64,000 nt of DNA from Pristiophorus japonicus. Lineage: Eukaryota. Shown here piece after piece: positions 62,210-64,000 of the stretch. The stretch lies in NCBI RefSeq assembly GCF_044704955.1, contig NC_091977.1:492714001-492778000 (forward strand), given 5' to 3'. The translations under genes were made by a program, and so were the position numbers. How positions within the stretch are numbered: the stretch's first letter is position 1; each line of letters begins with the position of its first letter. The notes beneath the pieces are model-generated. The model was not told the DNA's origin, made no database searches, and saw only the letters and a list, made by a program, of their open reading frames with translations.

Positions 62210-64000
62210 CATAGAAACATAGAAACATAGAAATTTACAGCGCAAAAGGAGGCCATTTCGGCCCATCGTGTCCGTGCCAGCCGACAAAGAGTTGCACAGC
62301 TCTTGGTTAGCAGCACTAAAGGCTACATATAAACCTATTAACAATAACGGAAAGGCAAAGAGCACCCAGCCCAACCAGTCCGCCTCACACAAATGCGACA
62401 CCCCTTATACTGGAAACATCTAGACTCAAAAACAGAGAGACAGACTATTATCTGAATGGTGACAGATTAGGAAAAGGGGAGGTGCAAAGAGACCTGGGTG
62501 TCATGGTACATCAGTCATTGAAGGTTGGCATGCAGGTACAGCAGGCGGTTAAGAAAGCAAATGGCATGTTGGCCTTCATAGCGAGGGGATTTGAATACAG
62601 GGGCAGGGAGGTGTTGCTACAGTTGTACAGGGCCTTGGTGAGGCCACACCTGGAGTATTGTGTACAGTTTTGGTCTCCTAACCTGAGGAAGGACATTCTT
62701 GCTATTGAGGGAGTGCAGCGAAGGTTCACCAGACTGATTCCCGGGATGGCGGGACTGACCTATCAAGAAAGACTGGATCAACCGGGCTTGTATTCACTGG
62801 AGTTCAGAAGAATGAGAGGGGACCTCATAGAAACGTTTAAAATTCTGACGGGGTTAGACAGGTTAGATGCAGGGAGAATGTTCCCAATGTTGGGGAAGTC
62901 CAGAACCAGGGGACACAGTCTAAGGATAAGGGGTAAGTCATTTAGGACCGAGATGAGGAGGAATTTCTTCACCCAGAGAGTGGTGAACCTGTGGAATTCT
63001 CTACCACAGAAAGTTGTTGAGGCCAATTCACTAAATATATTCAAAAAGGAGTTAGATGAAGTCCTTACTACTAGGGGGATCAAGGGGTATGGTGAGAAAG
63101 CAGGAATGGGGTACTGAAGTTGCATGTTCAGCCATGAACTCATTGAATGGCGGTGCAGGCTAGAAGGGCCGAATGGCCTACTCCTGCACCTATTTTCTAT
63201 GTTTCTATGTTTCAACCTCAACCGGAGCCATGCGATCTCCTGGGAGAGGCAAAAAGCAGATAAAAACCCAGGCCAATTTAGGGAGAAAAAATCTGGGAAA
63301 AGTCCTCTTCGACCCATCCAGGCGATCGACACTAGTCCAGGAGATCACCCTGGCCGTATTCTATTCCCTGCAGTACTTACCATTATATCTGCGCTGTCTA
63401 ACAAAAGGTCATCCAGTATAATCTCAATGATCAGCTCTAGGTCTGTAACCTTGCAGGTTACTGCACTTTAAGTGCCCATCCAACCATTTCTTAAAAGTGG
63501 TGAGGGTTTCTGCATCCACCACTCTTCCAGGCAGCGAGTTCCAGATCCCCACAACCCTCTGCGTAAAGAAGCCCCCCCTCAAATCTCCTCTAAACCATCC
63601 ATCAACCATCTTAAAAACATGCCCCCTCATAATAGACCCCTCCACCAATGGAAATAGACCCTTACTATCCACAATGTCCAGGCCCCTCAATATTTTGTAC
63701 ACCTCGATGAGGTCTCCTTTCAACCTCCTCTGTTCCAATGAGAATAAACCCAGCCTATCCAATCTGTCCTCTATAATACAGCGACCAGAACTGCACGCAG
63801 TACTCCAGCTGTGGCCTAACCAAAGTATTATACAATTTAAGCATAACCTCCTTGCTCTTATATTCTATGCCTCGGCCAATAAAGGCAAGCATTCCTTATG
63901 CCTTCTTAACCACCTTATCCACCTTGCCTGCTGCTTTCAGAGATCTGTGGACAAGCACTCCAAGGTCCCTTTGTTCATTTACACTATTAAGTGGCCTACC
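62210..64000 (-). mobile_element. CR1 with long 3' UTR (62210-62427 and 63212-64000), interrupted
   Basis: agaaacat tail at 62210; ORF2 C-terminus LFSLEQRRLKGDLIEVYKI at 63424-63762. Confidence 0.85.
62428..63211 (+). mobile_element. Young CR1, 5'-truncated, intact frame
   Basis: The 211-aa ORF is nearly identical to the C-terminus of the 36842-37780 ORF. Confidence 0.95.

Noticed and set aside
1-64000. Nested antisense SLA (Src-like adaptor) gene
   Set aside because: In mammals SLA lies in an earlier TG intron; no SH3/SH2-like exons were seen on the minus strand here.

Overview
Eukaryotic (vertebrate) genomic DNA, most likely from a cartilaginous fish (shark); this is inferred from the repeat complement. 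The only host gene I can support is thyroglobulin (TG) on the + strand. Two coding exons of its cholinesterase-like (ChEL) domain are present: 689-856 (168 bp) and 28563-28744 (182 bp), with sizes and sequence matching human TG exons 43 and 44 as I recall them. They are separated by a 27.7-kb intron and followed by more than 35 kb in which I could not find the next exon. The introns are dominated by nested transposable elements: many CR1 LINEs (one with ORF1 esterase plus ORF2, and a young subfamily), RTE LINEs and a short RTE-tailed non-autonomous element, L2 fragments, tRNA-derived SINEs, a full-length dead Gypsy LTR retrotransposon, a probable solo LTR and a hAT MITE. There is also a rich set of PIF/Harbinger elements: one with transposase plus Myb gene, one Myb-only deletion derivative, several 650-800 bp MITEs and about 160-170 bp palindromic MITEs. 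The least explained structure is a 2.2-kb element at 3023-5256 with 12-bp inverted repeats, Helitron-like ends and a promoter-like module. I found no convincing novel biological system; the leads are TE-level. TE boundaries were read by eye and are approximate unless a TSD is stated.
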